A DNA stretch of 62,396 bases from Octopus bimaculoides. Lineage: Eukaryota. The DNA lies in contig NC_068983.1 in NCBI RefSeq assembly GCF_001194135.2, positions 106,830,015 to 106,892,410 of the forward strand. The letters are read 5' to 3'. Below are positions 25,989 to 38,990 of this stretch, piece after piece. Under the pieces are notes generated by a model. It saw nothing but the letters and a program-made list of their open reading frames with translations, did no database searches and was not told where the DNA came from. Position 1 is the first letter of the stretch. Each line of letters starts with the position of its first letter. The position numbers and the translations under genes are program-made.

Positions 25989-26086
25989 TACATTATTTAC
26001 ATTTGACAGATATTTGTCCTCATCTTGTTTGTTGTTAACACAGCAATCAAAATGAGGACAAATATCCGTGAAATGTAAATAATGTA
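25989..26086. repeat. 35-bp-arm fold-back (PLE terminus-like)
   Basis: 25989-26023 is inverted at 26052-26086 with 2 mismatches. Confidence 0.75.
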
Positions 26087-26261
26087 CATAATTCCTCATC
26101 TCTTAAACAGAACTGTATTAGTAAAGGGTTAAGTTAAGATTTCCATTTCTAATTTTTTGTATTTGTTTTGCAAGATTTTTGATGTAGAACAGTTACTGTT
26201 ATATGTGGAAATGGTCATCTTTTGTCAATTAAATACACACCCTATTTGATCTTCACTTTAG

Positions 26262-26292
<31 letters not shown>

Positions 26293-26509
26293 GAACGCAG
26301 CAAGCTGGAAGAATTGTTAGCATGCAGGACGAAATTCTTAGTGGTATTTCACCCAATGCTATGTTCTGAATTCCATTGAGGTCGACTTTGCCTTTCATCT
26401 TTTGGGGGTCAATAAATTAAGTACCTGTGAATCACTGGGGTCGATGTAATCGACTAGTCCCCTCCTTTCAAATTTCAGGCCTTGTACCTATAGTAGAAAG
26501 GATTATCAT

Positions 26510-26705
26510 TATTATTATAATTCTTATTTTGGTTTGGCTCAGGTTTGGTCTTATTCCTGGTAGAAATTATGTGGATAGTGAGTAGCCACAAGTTTTCAGC
26601 AGTCTTCCAAGTGCTTAGAACCCTTCTGATAATCCTTGCTATCTCTAAGAGACAAACTTTCTGTAGGAGATCTGCCAGGCATTCTATTTCAATCTCCTTC
26701 ATGCA
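26510..26705 (-). mobile_element. Dong/R4-like (RLE) LINE 3' fragment
   Basis: IECLADLLQKVCLLEIARIIRRVL resembles the LQKxxLLxTAxILRxVL C-terminus of R4/Dong RLE proteins; ends in (TAA)n. Confidence 0.65.
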
Positions 26706-27799
26706 TTTGTCTGTCTTTGCTTAATTTCAATCTCCTTCATATTATTACTATCATCATCATCATCATCATCATTATTATTATTATTATTATTGTTATTATT
26801 ATTATTATTTGTATTATTTTAATTTATTTTTTAGTCTATTTGATCTTTTTATTTAGTTTTTTCCATACTTATTTACCACATTTTCTCTCTCCCTGGCCTC
26901 TCTCTCCCCCTTTCTCTCTCCCTCTCACTCTTATTACCTGGTCTGTAGTAAGCTGAATTAAGCAAATGAAAGTATCTTACTAAAGGCTTCGCACAGAAGT
27001 ATTATATTGTATTGTATAGATACTTAATCTTGATCTGAATAGACATCTCTGCATCCACTTATCCATTATGACTCCCAGCTGTATGTAAGCTTGACACATA
27101 GTAAGTCGTTGGACACTATAACAAAAATAGAACGTTCCTGAATAGGAGAATTGACACTATAATTTAAGTTTGACTCTTGATTATAGATATTTCACTTAAC
27201 TGCTAAATAACCTTGGGGTAAATATAAATGCCATGACTCTCATTTCACTCCTATTAGGAATGAGTAGCTCCAATCATCCATCTATAGATGCTTCTGATTA
27301 TGAAAGGTCAATCTGCTGACTCTGTTTATCACAATGTTGTGCGAGATAAAAAAAAAAAAGTATCCATTTTATATTACACAGTCCCTTTCAGCATGTATGT
27401 GTGTTTAGTTCTATAGTAACTGCCGCCATTAGATGAAAGGATTGCTATCATGTTACCAATTGCATGCTGGCAGGTGATTTGCATTTGATATATTTTTTTT
27501 TCTAAGGGATTTTGTAACTCTTTTGCTACCAATTCAACTGAGACCATTCCAGATTCTTTGATACATAATTGCCTGTTTTAAAGTGTTCACATCTAAATTA
27601 AAAGTCCCCCCCCCCGTCGTAATTTAATGTAAGAACTTCTGGTTATGCTCTTTCAAAAAAAAAAAAAAATCAAAAAACAAAAAAAAAAATCCCAGCTTTC
27701 ATCGAGAAATCAATGTAGTAAAAGGGAATCATTTTCATGGAGATCTTTCAAAATTTTTGATTATTTTCAAACACTTATACAATATATTTTATTGGAAAT

Positions 27800-27857
27800 T
27801 AACATCATCATCATCATCGTTGTCACCATTACCACCATGGCCATAATCATCATCATT

Positions 27858-27905
<48 letters not shown>

Positions 27906-27928
27906 GTCGTCGTCGTCATTGTCATCAC

Positions 27929-27962
<34 letters not shown>

Positions 27963-27965
27963 GTC
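27800..27965. repeat. (CAT)n microsatellite; a similar (GAT)n tract lies at 58550-58750
   Basis: Direct reading. Confidence 0.95.
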
Positions 27966-27997
27966 TTGGCGCTCTCATTTTCATGCTTGGGACAAAA

Positions 27998-28028
<31 letters not shown>

Positions 28029-28032
28029 ATGC

Positions 28033-28084
<52 letters not shown>

Positions 28085-28289
28085 ATATATATATATACTT
28101 TTATTCTTTTATTTGGTTCAGTCATTTGACTGTGGCAGTGCTGGAGCACCGCCTTTTAGTAGAACAAATTGACCCCAGGACTTATTCTTTGTAAGCCTAG
28201 TACTTATTCTATCGATCACTTTTGCTGAATTGCTGTAAGCATGATGCTCTTATAACCTGATGAGCTGCTGGCTTTTATAATTGGTACAA

Positions 28290-28738
28290 CTATGTTGTAT
28301 AATCTTTTCTACTCTAAGCACAAAGCCCGAAATTTTGGGGGAGCGAGTCAGTCGATTAGATCAACCCCAGTATGCAACTGGTACTCAATTTATCGACCTC
28401 GAAAGGATGAAAGGCAAAAAAGTTGACATCAGCAGAATTTGAACTCAGAACGTGAAGACAAATGAAATACTTGTAAGCATTTCACCTGGCGTGCTAATGT
28501 TTCTTATTTCTTTATTGCCCACAAGAGGCTACACACAGAGGGGACAAACAAGGACAGACAAACGGATTAAGTCGATTATATCCACCCCAGTACATAACTG
28601 GTACTTATTTAATCGACCCTGAAAAGATGAAAGCAAAGTCAACCTTGGCGGAATTTGAACTCAGAGGGTAAAGATAGATGAAATACCGGTAAGCATTTCG
28701 CCTGGTGTGCTAATGTTTCTGCCAACTCACTGCCTTAA
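28290..28738 (-). mobile_element. Two adjacent SINE family C copies with different 3' tails
   Basis: Same head and core; tails ...ccttgtgcttagagtagaaaagatt (28290-28505) and ...cttgtgggcaataaagaaataag (28505-28738). Confidence 0.75.
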
Positions 28739-28917
28739 CTATATTCTATAATGTCAAGCATGCATATTAATGTAAGCGTGTAAGCATAATTTCTTCCACA
28801 CTGATATCATTACTATATGAAGACAATTGTGAAATGGCTGTAAACTTAAGGATGTCACATGGTTAAATAAATATCTATTCACTTCTTACACCTCCTGACT
28901 TTTATAGTTTACGAGCA

Positions 28918-28971
<54 letters not shown>

Positions 28972-29184
28972 GTATATGTATATATATATATATGTATAAT
29001 GTATATGTATGTATATAAATATATGTGTATACATGCATACATATATATATATATATATATATATAAATATATATATCTATACCTATGTGCTTACTCCGGT
29101 ATATCTATATCTATATATATATGTAAGTATTTATATCTATATATCTATCTATATATACTATATATATATATATATATACAAATA

Positions 29185-29260
<76 letters not shown>

Positions 29261-29262
<2 letters not shown>

Positions 29263-29666
29263 CACAGGAGTGGCTGTGTGGTAAGTAGCTTGCTTACCAA
29301 CCACATGGTTCTGGGTTCATTCCCACTGCGTGGCACCTTGGGCAAGTGTCTACTACTATAGCCTTGGACCGACCAAAGCCTTGTGAGTGGATTTGGTAGA
29401 CAGAAACTGAAAGAAGCCTGTCGTATATATTTATATGTATATGTTTGTGTGTGTATATATCTGTGTCTGTGTTTTTCCCTCCAACATCACTTGACAACCT
29501 ATGCTGGTGTGTTTACGTCCCCGTAACTTAGCGGTTCGGCAAAAGAGACCGATAGAATAAGTACTAGGCTTACAACGAATAAGTCCTGGGGTCGATTTGC
29601 TCGACTAAAGGCGGTGCTCCAGCATGGCCGCAGTCAAATGACTGAAACAAGTAAAAGAGTAAAAGA
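29261..29666 (+). mobile_element. SINE family A, full length
   Basis: Family A head, core and tail. Confidence 0.85.
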
Positions 29667-30171
29667 TATATATATATATATTATTATTATTATTAATTAC
29701 TGGTGAAGGCCGATTTCTCACCATACAGGGTACCTTTACGGCGTATCTTCAGACTCTAAGACCTGATGGCCTATAGCCTCTTTAAAATATGCAGGTGAAA
29801 ACAGTACAGATATAAACAGTGGGGATTATCTCCCTTTGGTGCTGGTCATCAGTTTCTGTCTGTGTCATCCTCCTTCAGTCATGCCAACTGTTGATTATGA
29901 TGGTAAAAGGTAGGATTTTATGCCCATCTCTTGTCAGCAATCAATTTCCAGCTATGGTGTAATTATTGCTAATACCGCTATTATCACTATTATGCAGTTC
30001 TTCTCTGGTTTATGTTTTTCTAAAAAAACAATATATATATATATACACCGTTTTGAGCGTGGCCGTTGCTTGTACTGCTTGACTGGCCTTCGTGCCAGTG
30101 GTATGTAAAAGCACCCACTACACTCTCAGAGTGGTTGGTGTTAGGAAGGGCATCCAGCTGTAGAAACTCTG

Positions 30172-31007
30172 ACAAATCAGATTGGAGCCTGGTGCAGCCT
30201 TCCAGCTTGCCAGCCCTGCTTGCACTGTCCAACCCATGCTGGCATAGACAACGGACGTTAAATGATGATGATGATGATGATTCTTTTATTGTTTTACTTG
30301 TTTCAATCATGTGATTGCAGCTATGCTGAACAGCGCCTTGAAGGGTTTTAGTTGAAGAAATCGACCCCAGGACTGCTGATATTTTTATATATATATAAAA
30401 ATATATATATGTTAAAGTCTGTCATACCGGCCATGACGAAGGGAAATAGCCCTGAAACTCGAGTCGCCTTTATATATATATATTTATATTTATATATTTA
30501 TATATTTGATCCTTTATATTGAACACTCAATATTTCATCTACATTCAATACTTTCTTTCAGGGTGCCATCCATTTTTATGTTATTTTATTTTATATTGTA
30601 TATTGTATATCATATTATATATTGTATATTCCATATTCTATACCCCACATTAGTTCTGCAGGAATATAAATAAAACATAAAAAACAGACAGTGTTGGAAC
30701 TCTTTTAAGCAAAATAATATATTCCTCTATACACAATCATACAAAAAAACCCACCTTTTTTGTATTTATTTTTACTCGCATATATATATATATATATATA
30801 TGTGTATATATATAAATATATCAGCATGGAAGGCGAACATAAAATGATAATGATAATGATGATGATGATAATGATATACAGTGAGCTTCTTTCAGTTTCC
30901 GTCTACCAAACTCACTCATAAGGCTTTGATGTATTTGTTGGTAAATGAAAAATGGTTAAAAATTATCTAAAAACCTGAAAGATTCATCATGTTACAACGG
31001 AAAAGTC
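30172..31007 (-). repeat. Inverted copy of 15407-15843 with a later ~370-bp insertion
   Basis: Unique sequence and SINE fragments in identical order, reverse-complemented; insertion at about 30411-30779 in a TA tract. Confidence 0.85.
30429..30468 (+). ncRNA. Minimal type I hammerhead motif, variant core
   Basis: GGC-CAUGACGA-AGGG(aaauag)CCCU-GAAAC-UCGA-GUC-GCC: stems I, II and palindromic III intact; one extra A in the core. Confidence 0.6.
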
Positions 31008-31744
31008 AAATCGTCCAACCCATGCTAGCATGGAAAGCGGACGTTAAATGATGATGATGATGATATAGATGCAGGTGTGACTGTATAGTAAGAAAGGCCT
31101 TGTGAATAGGTTTGGTAGACAAAAAGTGAAAGAAATCTGTCATATATGTATACATATATTTGTGTGTGTGTGTATGTGAGTGTGTGTGTGCATGCATGTA
31201 TGTGTGTTTGTGTTTGTCCCCTTCCACTACATGGCAACTGGTGTTAGTTTGCTTACACCCCATAAACTTTGCTAATCCTGTATTATCTCATAGCTTCAAG
31301 ATTTCAATAACGTGATTATATATTTTGGGAATAACATTGTAGAGAAGGTGTGAGAGACCAGTTATAGCCAGTTTCAACATAAAACACGTAGAATATTTTG
31401 GCCAAAAATGGCTGGTTTAAATACTAAAGAGTTAATATTCCTTTCTTCACTCCTTACATTATTTCCCATACGACTTCTTATACCACCTCCCACACTTCTC
31501 ATACTACCTTTTACAAAGCTAACACTACCAACCCCTGCTGCTACTCTCATTACCATCCATGCTACTAAAGCCATCTTTCCCACTGTTCACACTACACTTC
31601 ACAAAACTCACATCACCTCCCACACAACTCATACCATTTTCCACATACCACCTCCTACACTCATACCACCGCCCACTCTATTATTTGCACCAGCTCTTAA
31701 CTTTCCCTTTTTTCTTCCTCCCTTCTCCCCACAGCACTCTTTTA

Positions 31745-32158
31745 TTTCACTCATTTCTTCATGGCTGTGTGTTAAGAAGCTTGCTTCCCTACCACATGGT
31801 TCTGGGTTCAGTCCCATTGCGTGGCACCTTGGGCAAGTGTTTTCTACTATAGCCTCGAGTCGACCAAAGCCTTGTGAGTGGATTTGGTAGATGTAAACTG
31901 AAAGAAGCCCATCGTACATATATGTATATATCTATGTGTGTGTCTTTGCGTCTGTATTTGTCTCCCCATCACTGCTTGACAATTGGTGTTGGTGTGTTTA
32001 CATCCCTGTAACTGAGCAGTTCGGCAAAAGAGACTTATAGAATAAGTACTAGGCTTAAAAAATAAGTACTGGAGTCAATTTGTTTGACTAAAACTCCTCA
32101 AAGTGGTGCTCCAGCATGGCCACAATCAAATGACTGAAGCTAGTAAAAGAATAAAAGA
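31745..32158 (+). mobile_element. SINE family A
   Basis: Family A head, core and tail; further copies or fragments at about 28085-28235, 34910-35640, 35748-36280, 47607-47912, 51309-51720 (-), 57310-57445, 57820-57980 and 61790-61960 (-). Confidence 0.8.
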
Positions 32159-32419
32159 AATCCACAATTTTGCAGTCCAGGAAATAACACTTCTGTAATA
32201 TTTATCTCTCCATGAAGAGGGACAAATGCCCAAAACACCAAGTTCTTTCACTCCTCATAGCATATCAAGTCACTGCTACTAACTGTCTTTATGGATTAAC
32301 TTTTGCTGATGCAGACAAATAACTATTTTCTTAAATTCTGGATTTTACCATACAGAATTTGTGTCTTGCTCTGAGACAAGTAAATGTCTATAAAAGATTA
32401 AAAAATGCTAGCATGAAAT

Positions 32420-32450
<31 letters not shown>

Positions 32451-32652
32451 TTGAAGACATTATAGTTCAGTGCCACAGTCACCAAATCATTTGTGTTTCT
32501 TGTATTCCTCACCTTCTCTGTGGAATAGGTTAATATATTTTAAGCAGCCATTTCTGTGTCATGTCCTGTTGACAAGTTATAATCCTTGTCAGCTTACTTA
32601 AGTTGACGGAAACACATCACCAGCTCTATTAACAGTTTCCTTCAGAGCAAAA

Positions 32653-32702
<50 letters not shown>

Positions 32703-32719
32703 ATATATATGTATGTATG

Positions 32720-32802
<83 letters not shown>

Positions 32803-33740
32803 ATATGTCTGGACTGTTTATTATTCAGGAAAATTTAATTCCTGTTTCCTTGTATGCTGTTTCATTTTTGCATTGCTGCTGTCACTGCTGCAGTTGTTGC
32901 TGCTGTAGTTGTTGTTGTTGTTAGTGTTACTACTCTAATTATGTAAATTAGCATATTTCTCTAATGTTAAATATTAAAAATAATGAAATGAAAAAATATA
33001 GTAACAATAGTTGAATCTGCAAAAAGTACTTTGAGAGAAAATCTGAATCCTGCATATGCCTGACTTGAATTAAATAAAGCACAATTTCTATTGAATTTAT
33101 TTGCAAAATTGAAATTTAGAGCCTGTAGAAATTACAAGTGTCTTATTACTGTGTTGTTGATTTTATCTTTAGTAGTTTGTGTTTTTGATTTTATGGATTT
33201 TTGCTTTTAGACTATATCCAAATCAATTGTTACAGCTTCTGTAACAAATGTATTTTAAATTGTTTTGCTATCGTTACTACTTGTTCCAGTTTTAAAGACC
33301 AAAGATTCATTTATTCACTAAAATGGAATGAAAGAAAGCTAAATAAAATAAAAGAGGAGAAAATATATATTACAGATTCCACTAATATAAGTAACGTTAT
33401 TACAAAGACTAATTAAACATTTCATCTAAAAAGGGGACCATCACCTCTGATAAAGAAAAATAACCCAAAACAACATAAAAATGAGCAGAGCGGGAGTGTG
33501 ATCATATATAAGATATCTAGAAAGATATTTTACAGAGACAATAAAAAAATCAAAACCTGTGTTTTTACTTACCAGTAACCGAACAATAACAGCAGCATCA
33601 AAATTATGTTATTGCTTATATAAGTCTTTGTTGCTATTTTCTATGATGTTTTGAAATTATCAACATCACATTTATGCTGGGGAGACTCATTTCTATAATT
33701 GTGCTTGTCTAAGATATGCTTATTCTCTCTACATAGTTCA

Positions 33741-33916
33741 TGTCTACCTGCATCAGTATCATGGCCAAACTCTGCCACATTGAGGTCCTGGTAGCCTCAT
33801 GCCTTGTATATAAATAGCTGCTGCATACGAGCAATAAAGACGAACTGAAACCAAATACCTCCATGGATTTTGTCATGAAATCAGTTGATGCTGTCTCGGT
33901 TCTTGATGGTAGGATA
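33741..33916 (+). mobile_element. Possible short solo LTR
   Basis: tgtctacc...ggtaggata imperfect terminal IR, tatataaata at 33807 and aataaa at 33833; no TSD resolved. Confidence 0.3.
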
Positions 33917-34213
33917 TGATGGCAAATGAGTGACTAGAGCAATACTCTAGTAAGTGCTGGCCACTTTCATGTGACATGGTTTTCAGGTGTTATAAGGTAG
34001 TTTGTACCTGAAAATCAACCTTCTTCAAAACTTTATACAAATGTATCAATAAAGTCTATTCTGCACTCTAAGTCATCTATGCATCTAGGTGTCAATAAGT
34101 ATCTAAGTCTCATACAAAAGATCTGAATCTGACCATATATATAACATTTCAACACACTAGAATGCGTGATTTTAAGAATAAGATGTAATCTTTTCAGTAT
34201 AACCTTATACAGT

Positions 34214-34459
34214 ATTGCAGCATTGAAGATGTTTGTAAGCCATTTAAGAAAACACAAAAACTGTTAGTTTCACTTCAACATTTAAATTTCATTTGCGTCA
34301 AAATATTTTCAATGTTGCATCACGAAGTTTTGTCAGTGAACAGGCTGCATTTTCAAAGCAACCAAAATATTTTGACACGAATTAAATTTAAATGTTGAAG
34401 TGAGACTAACAGTTTTTGTGTGTTCTTAAATGGCTTACAAACATCTTCCATGCTGCAAT
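34214..34459. repeat. 96-bp-arm fold-back inverted repeat
   Basis: 34214-34309 vs 34364-34459, only a handful of mismatches; 54-bp spacer. Confidence 0.85.
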
Positions 34460-35910
34460 TGCTTTTGTTTCAGCACACGATCTCAGATCAAGTCACTTGC
34501 TATGCAAGTACATCTCCATGATTTATACAGTATGAAGGCAATGAATTAGCCATATTAAATATTAAGCCTTGTGATATTTATTCTTATTTTCTGTAACTCT
34601 GTTAGGATCCCACTGACGTCAAGCTTGTTTCTCATCTTTTCAGGAGTCAATAAATAAAGTATCAAGCTGTCCTGAGGTCAGTTTTTCTCTCTCTTTCTTT
34701 CTCTCTGGTTTGTATTTGTATTTCAAAATTGTTCTAATTTAACATGGGAATTGCATTTGAAGTATACATGTCTATGGAATACTCAGCTGTTTATACTCTG
34801 ATTTCACAAGCTGGTAAAACAACTGAATGTTGTTTGAGACCAATGGAAAATCCATTGCTATATTGTGGTGTCATATTATGGGCTAACCTTAGCTTCTTTA
34901 TAACCATAGGTGCAGGTATGGCTGTATCATAAGAAGTTTGCTTCCTAACCACATAATTCTGGGTTCATTCCCACTGCATGGCACCTTGGGCAAGTGTCTT
35001 CTACTATAGCCTCAGGCTAATCAAAGCCTTGTAAGTTGATTCAGTAGATGTAAACTGAAAGAAGTTCATTGTATATGTATATAAATATATATATATATAT
35101 ATATATTCATTTTGTTTTTCTTATTTCAGGCAGTTGACTGCAACCATACCTTGAAAGGTTTTAGTTGAACAAATCTACCCCAGTACTTTTTTAAACCTAG
35201 AACTTATCTTATTGGTCTCTATTGCTGAACTGCTAAGTTACAGGGATGTAAATACACCAACATTGGTTGCAAAGTGGTATGGGGGGGGGACAGATGCAGG
35301 CACAAAGACACACATGTAACTATACACATGTAAATATGCGATGGGCTTCTTTCAGTTTCTGCTTACCAAATCTTGTCCAAGGTACCATGCAGTGGGACTA
35401 AACTCGAAACCATGAGTTTGGGAAGCAAGCTTCTTACCACACAGCCACGCCTGTGTGTGTACCTTTCTATGTGTGTTTGTCCCCTACCACTGCTTGACAA
35501 CTGGTGTTGGTGTGTTTAAGTCCTCATAACCTAGCAGTTCAGCAAAAGAAACAGATAGAGTAAGTACCAGGCTTAAAATAAAAAGTACCAGGTTCAATTC
35601 ATTCGACTAAAAATTTTTCTTAGGACTGAAACAAGTAAAAGATAAAAGATAGCTTCAAAGACTGAAATAGAAAGATATTCCGTTGACAAAGAATTCAATA
35701 ATAGTTTAATAATGCTCTTCATCAAGGTTTTGTAAGCAGGAAGTTAGGTGCAGGCATGGCTATGTGATGAGAAGCTTGCTTCCCAACCACTTGATTCTGG
35801 GTTCATTTCCATTGTGTTGCATCTTGGGCAAGTGTCTTCTACTGTAGCCTCAGGTTGGCCAAAGCCTTGTGAGAAGATTTGGTAGACAAAAAACTGAAAA
35901 AAGCCTGTTG

Positions 35911-35950
<40 letters not shown>

Positions 35951-37310
35951 NNNNNNNNNNNNNNNNNNNNNNNNNNNNNNNNNNNNNNNNNNNNNNNNNN
36001 NNNNNNNNNNNNNNNNNNNNNNTGTGTGTACATACATCTATGTGTGTGTGTCTTTGTGTCTGTGTTTGTCACCCCCCCCCCCCTGACAGCTAGTGTTGGT
36101 GTGTTTACATCCCTGTAACTTAGTGGTTCGGCAAAAGAGACTGATACAATAAGTACCAGGCTTAAAAAGAAAAATAAGTATTGGGGATCAATGATTTGTT
36201 TCACTAAAACCCTTCAAGGCAGTGTCTCAGCATGTCCACAGTCAATTAACTGAAACAAGTAAAAGATAAAATATAAAAGATGCTCTTGAGGAGTGAGGAA
36301 ACATGACAAGGAAGGAGCTCCAGAATGATTATCCTTCTGAGGAAGAGTTAATGTGTTATGTTTTGGTGTGAGATATTATATCAGCTGTAAAGTAGGGGGT
36401 AATGGTATGAGGGGAAGAATTTTCATTGAAAGTGAGATATTACTGACAGGTTCATCAAAGGCAGTTGAATTAATGGCAGAAAAATTGATATTAAGGAGGT
36501 CATAAACTAGCTTCAAGATATTCTTCTGCTTCGGACATTAAAATGATAGTAATATTTTTTTTCTAAATATATGTTGACACTAAGTCACTCTTCAAAGTAA
36601 AATTAATCTATTATCAATGCTTCTAATTTCAGTATTTAACTCTACTGTGGTTACTTCTAATGCTGAAAACCTCAGAAGTAATCAACTCACCTGTTAATTA
36701 CTTAAATATATGGAATGCATTTCCTTATCATTAAATTATCAATTAATTTAATTTTCTAGTACTGCTCAATGTTTCCTATGCACATTTTATGTGGTATGTT
36801 AGTTGCTTCAGCATGTATAAATGAAGTCTATACTTCCACTGATGAAACCTAATTATCTAGAATGTCTTTAGTTGTCTCCCTTGCTTCCTTGGCGAACTGG
36901 TATTGATAGTTAATTCTTAATATTTTATCTAATCACAACATTTAAAGTAGTTAATTCTGATGTTAAAAATAATAGCAATAATGAAACTTTACCTTCAATG
37001 AAAACTGCCCTTTTAAGATTTTCTGACTTAAATATGTAGCATTTGTCAACAAGACAATAAATAGCTAAGAAAGAGAATTATATCACTGTTCTTCTGCTCA
37101 TGAGATATTTTAGCACAAATTGTAGCATTTTCTGTACATACATGGCCTGACAATTTCTGATAATCATTGAAGGAGACACTATATTTTATCCAGTTTTGTT
37201 ATCCTAAATTGTTAAAATTGCAAAGAAAAGGATTAGTCATAAATAATTCCATCATGGAAAATTTCTAACAAAGCAGAAATGCACACCTTATATGAGTTTA
37301 TGGATCTCAC

Positions 37311-37435
37311 TTCTAAAATACTGTGTTCTTCACATTCACCTACATAATGAGCTGTGTAAATATATTTACATTTTCCTCTAACAACTACCATAATTTCTGC
37401 TGCAACTGCCAACTGATCACTTACTAAAGAAAGAC
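37311..37435 (-). CDS. Candidate exon (LSLVSDQLAVAAEIMVVVRGKCKYIYTAHYVGECEEHSILE)
   Basis: Acceptor gtgacctttttAG, donor GAA|GTGAGA, open frame; could equally be a decayed TE ORF. Confidence 0.22.
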
Positions 37436-38261
37436 CTAAAAAGGTCACAAGTACTGCTTTGTTTGCTCAGACTAATGAATAAATTATTAATACACCAACA
37501 CAGCATGAATTTTAGATAATCATGCATGCCGAGATGAAATATATTTTTAAAACATGCCATTCAAATAGTATAACACAAGTGCTTGATAGCATAGCATGGG
37601 TGTCAAACTAACTGCACAGATTTTTTTTTAGAAGCATTTTCAATTTCTTGACAGAGTTCACTCAATTCTAGTTGCTGTTATGCCTAGACCCCCTTTTCTC
37701 CACCAGCTTGTAATCATATAGCTACATCTTAATTCAAAGAGGATGAGCTAATTTGCATAATACTATTAGATTAACAATTGTTAAGAAAGAACTGATATGC
37801 TAACACTACTTGAATAAAACAAAATTCAGTAGATTGGAGTATATTTATATTTTACTCTAGTTGACTGGAATACTTTTTATTTAAAGGTATCCCTTGTATA
37901 ATGGCAGCTTCACATTCTTGAAAAGTCTTAATATATTGTGAGATCTTTTAATGAGAAACCTATTTTCCTACTGACTTCCATGCTATGTAATATGGAACTC
38001 AATGGGAAAATCTGTTATATGTAATTACAGCAAGAGTTTCATTAGCATAAAGCTTCCATGAAATTGAATGTATTTTAAACACACACGCACACACACACAC
38101 ACATGTAAATAGTAACAAATATATCAAACGTATTTGTTTATATGTATATATATGAAAATAACTTTTTTTTAAAAACAACACACTCATTCTAAAATGCATA
38201 CATCTGAGTCTATCATGGGTCAACTAACACATTGAAATGTAACTCTCTTTTGGAAAATTCT

Positions 38262-38369
38262 TCCCTGATGAAATACCCAATTAACCAGCTTTAACATGAA
38301 AATTTGAATTAAATTAATTTAATTTGGTTTCTGTAATTTAACTAATTGGATATGGAAACGGCTGTAGGA
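38262..38369 (+). ncRNA. Type I hammerhead motif with long stem II insertion
   Basis: UCC-CUGAUGA-aauacccaauua...uaauuggauaug-GAAAC-GGCU-GUA-GGA; stem II about 11 bp with one internal mismatch and a non-paired closing position. Confidence 0.6.
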
Positions 38370-38755
38370 CTAGAATTTCATTATATAGATTTGAATATCT
38401 TTAAATAAACTGATGTCTGCATATCAATTTCTCCATTTTCTTCTTTTTCTCATTCATAAATATTTTAAATAGCTATATATTTATCAATGCAAAACTAATA
38501 TGTTTAGTTCTCACAGAACATTGGTATAAACCAGAGGACTAAGATGCTAGCTTCCCTTAAAGGATTATAAGTTCTTGATACAATTATATATATATATGAG
38601 ATGATGCTGAAAGTTCCTTGCTTTAAGGGTATGTATATATATATATATATATAGATAGATAGATAGATAGATAGATACACACACACATAAATAGTAAGGG
38701 ATTACTCAAAATGTTTGCTATACCACTTTGTAATAATCCTTATTATTATTATTGT

Positions 38756-38790
<35 letters not shown>

Positions 38791-38792
<2 letters not shown>

Positions 38793-38990
38793 GGATGCTG
38801 AAAAGTTCCTTGCTTTAAGAGTATCACAAAAAGCCTTCTGAGTTCTTTTACAGGGCTTAGTAAAAACTGAAGGGCCACAACAATAAGTGTGTGAATCTGA
38901 GAGGCGAATATATATTGAATGAAATTATAATTAGCTGATCCTCCTGTATTTTCTTTTGCCCAAAGTCAGAAATTTTTCAACACCTCCCCA
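38791..38990. mobile_element. Mariner-derived MITE remnant
   Basis: gatgctgaaaagttccttgcttt vs aaagtcagaaatttttcaacacc imperfect TIRs in TA context; partial copy at about 38597-38630. Confidence 0.55.

Noticed and set aside
29705-29756. Minus-strand CUGAAGA...GAAAU motif
   Set aside because: No valid stem III, NUH triplet or stem I.
32211-32245. CAUGAAGA-GGG...CCC-AAAAC motif (and CUGAUGA at 36838, CUGAAGA at 56518)
   Set aside because: Multiple core defects and no stem I; at most very old remnants.
32505-32535. Possible 5-nt micro-exon (cAG|AGAAG|GTGAGG) on minus
   Set aside because: Too short to support without RNA data.
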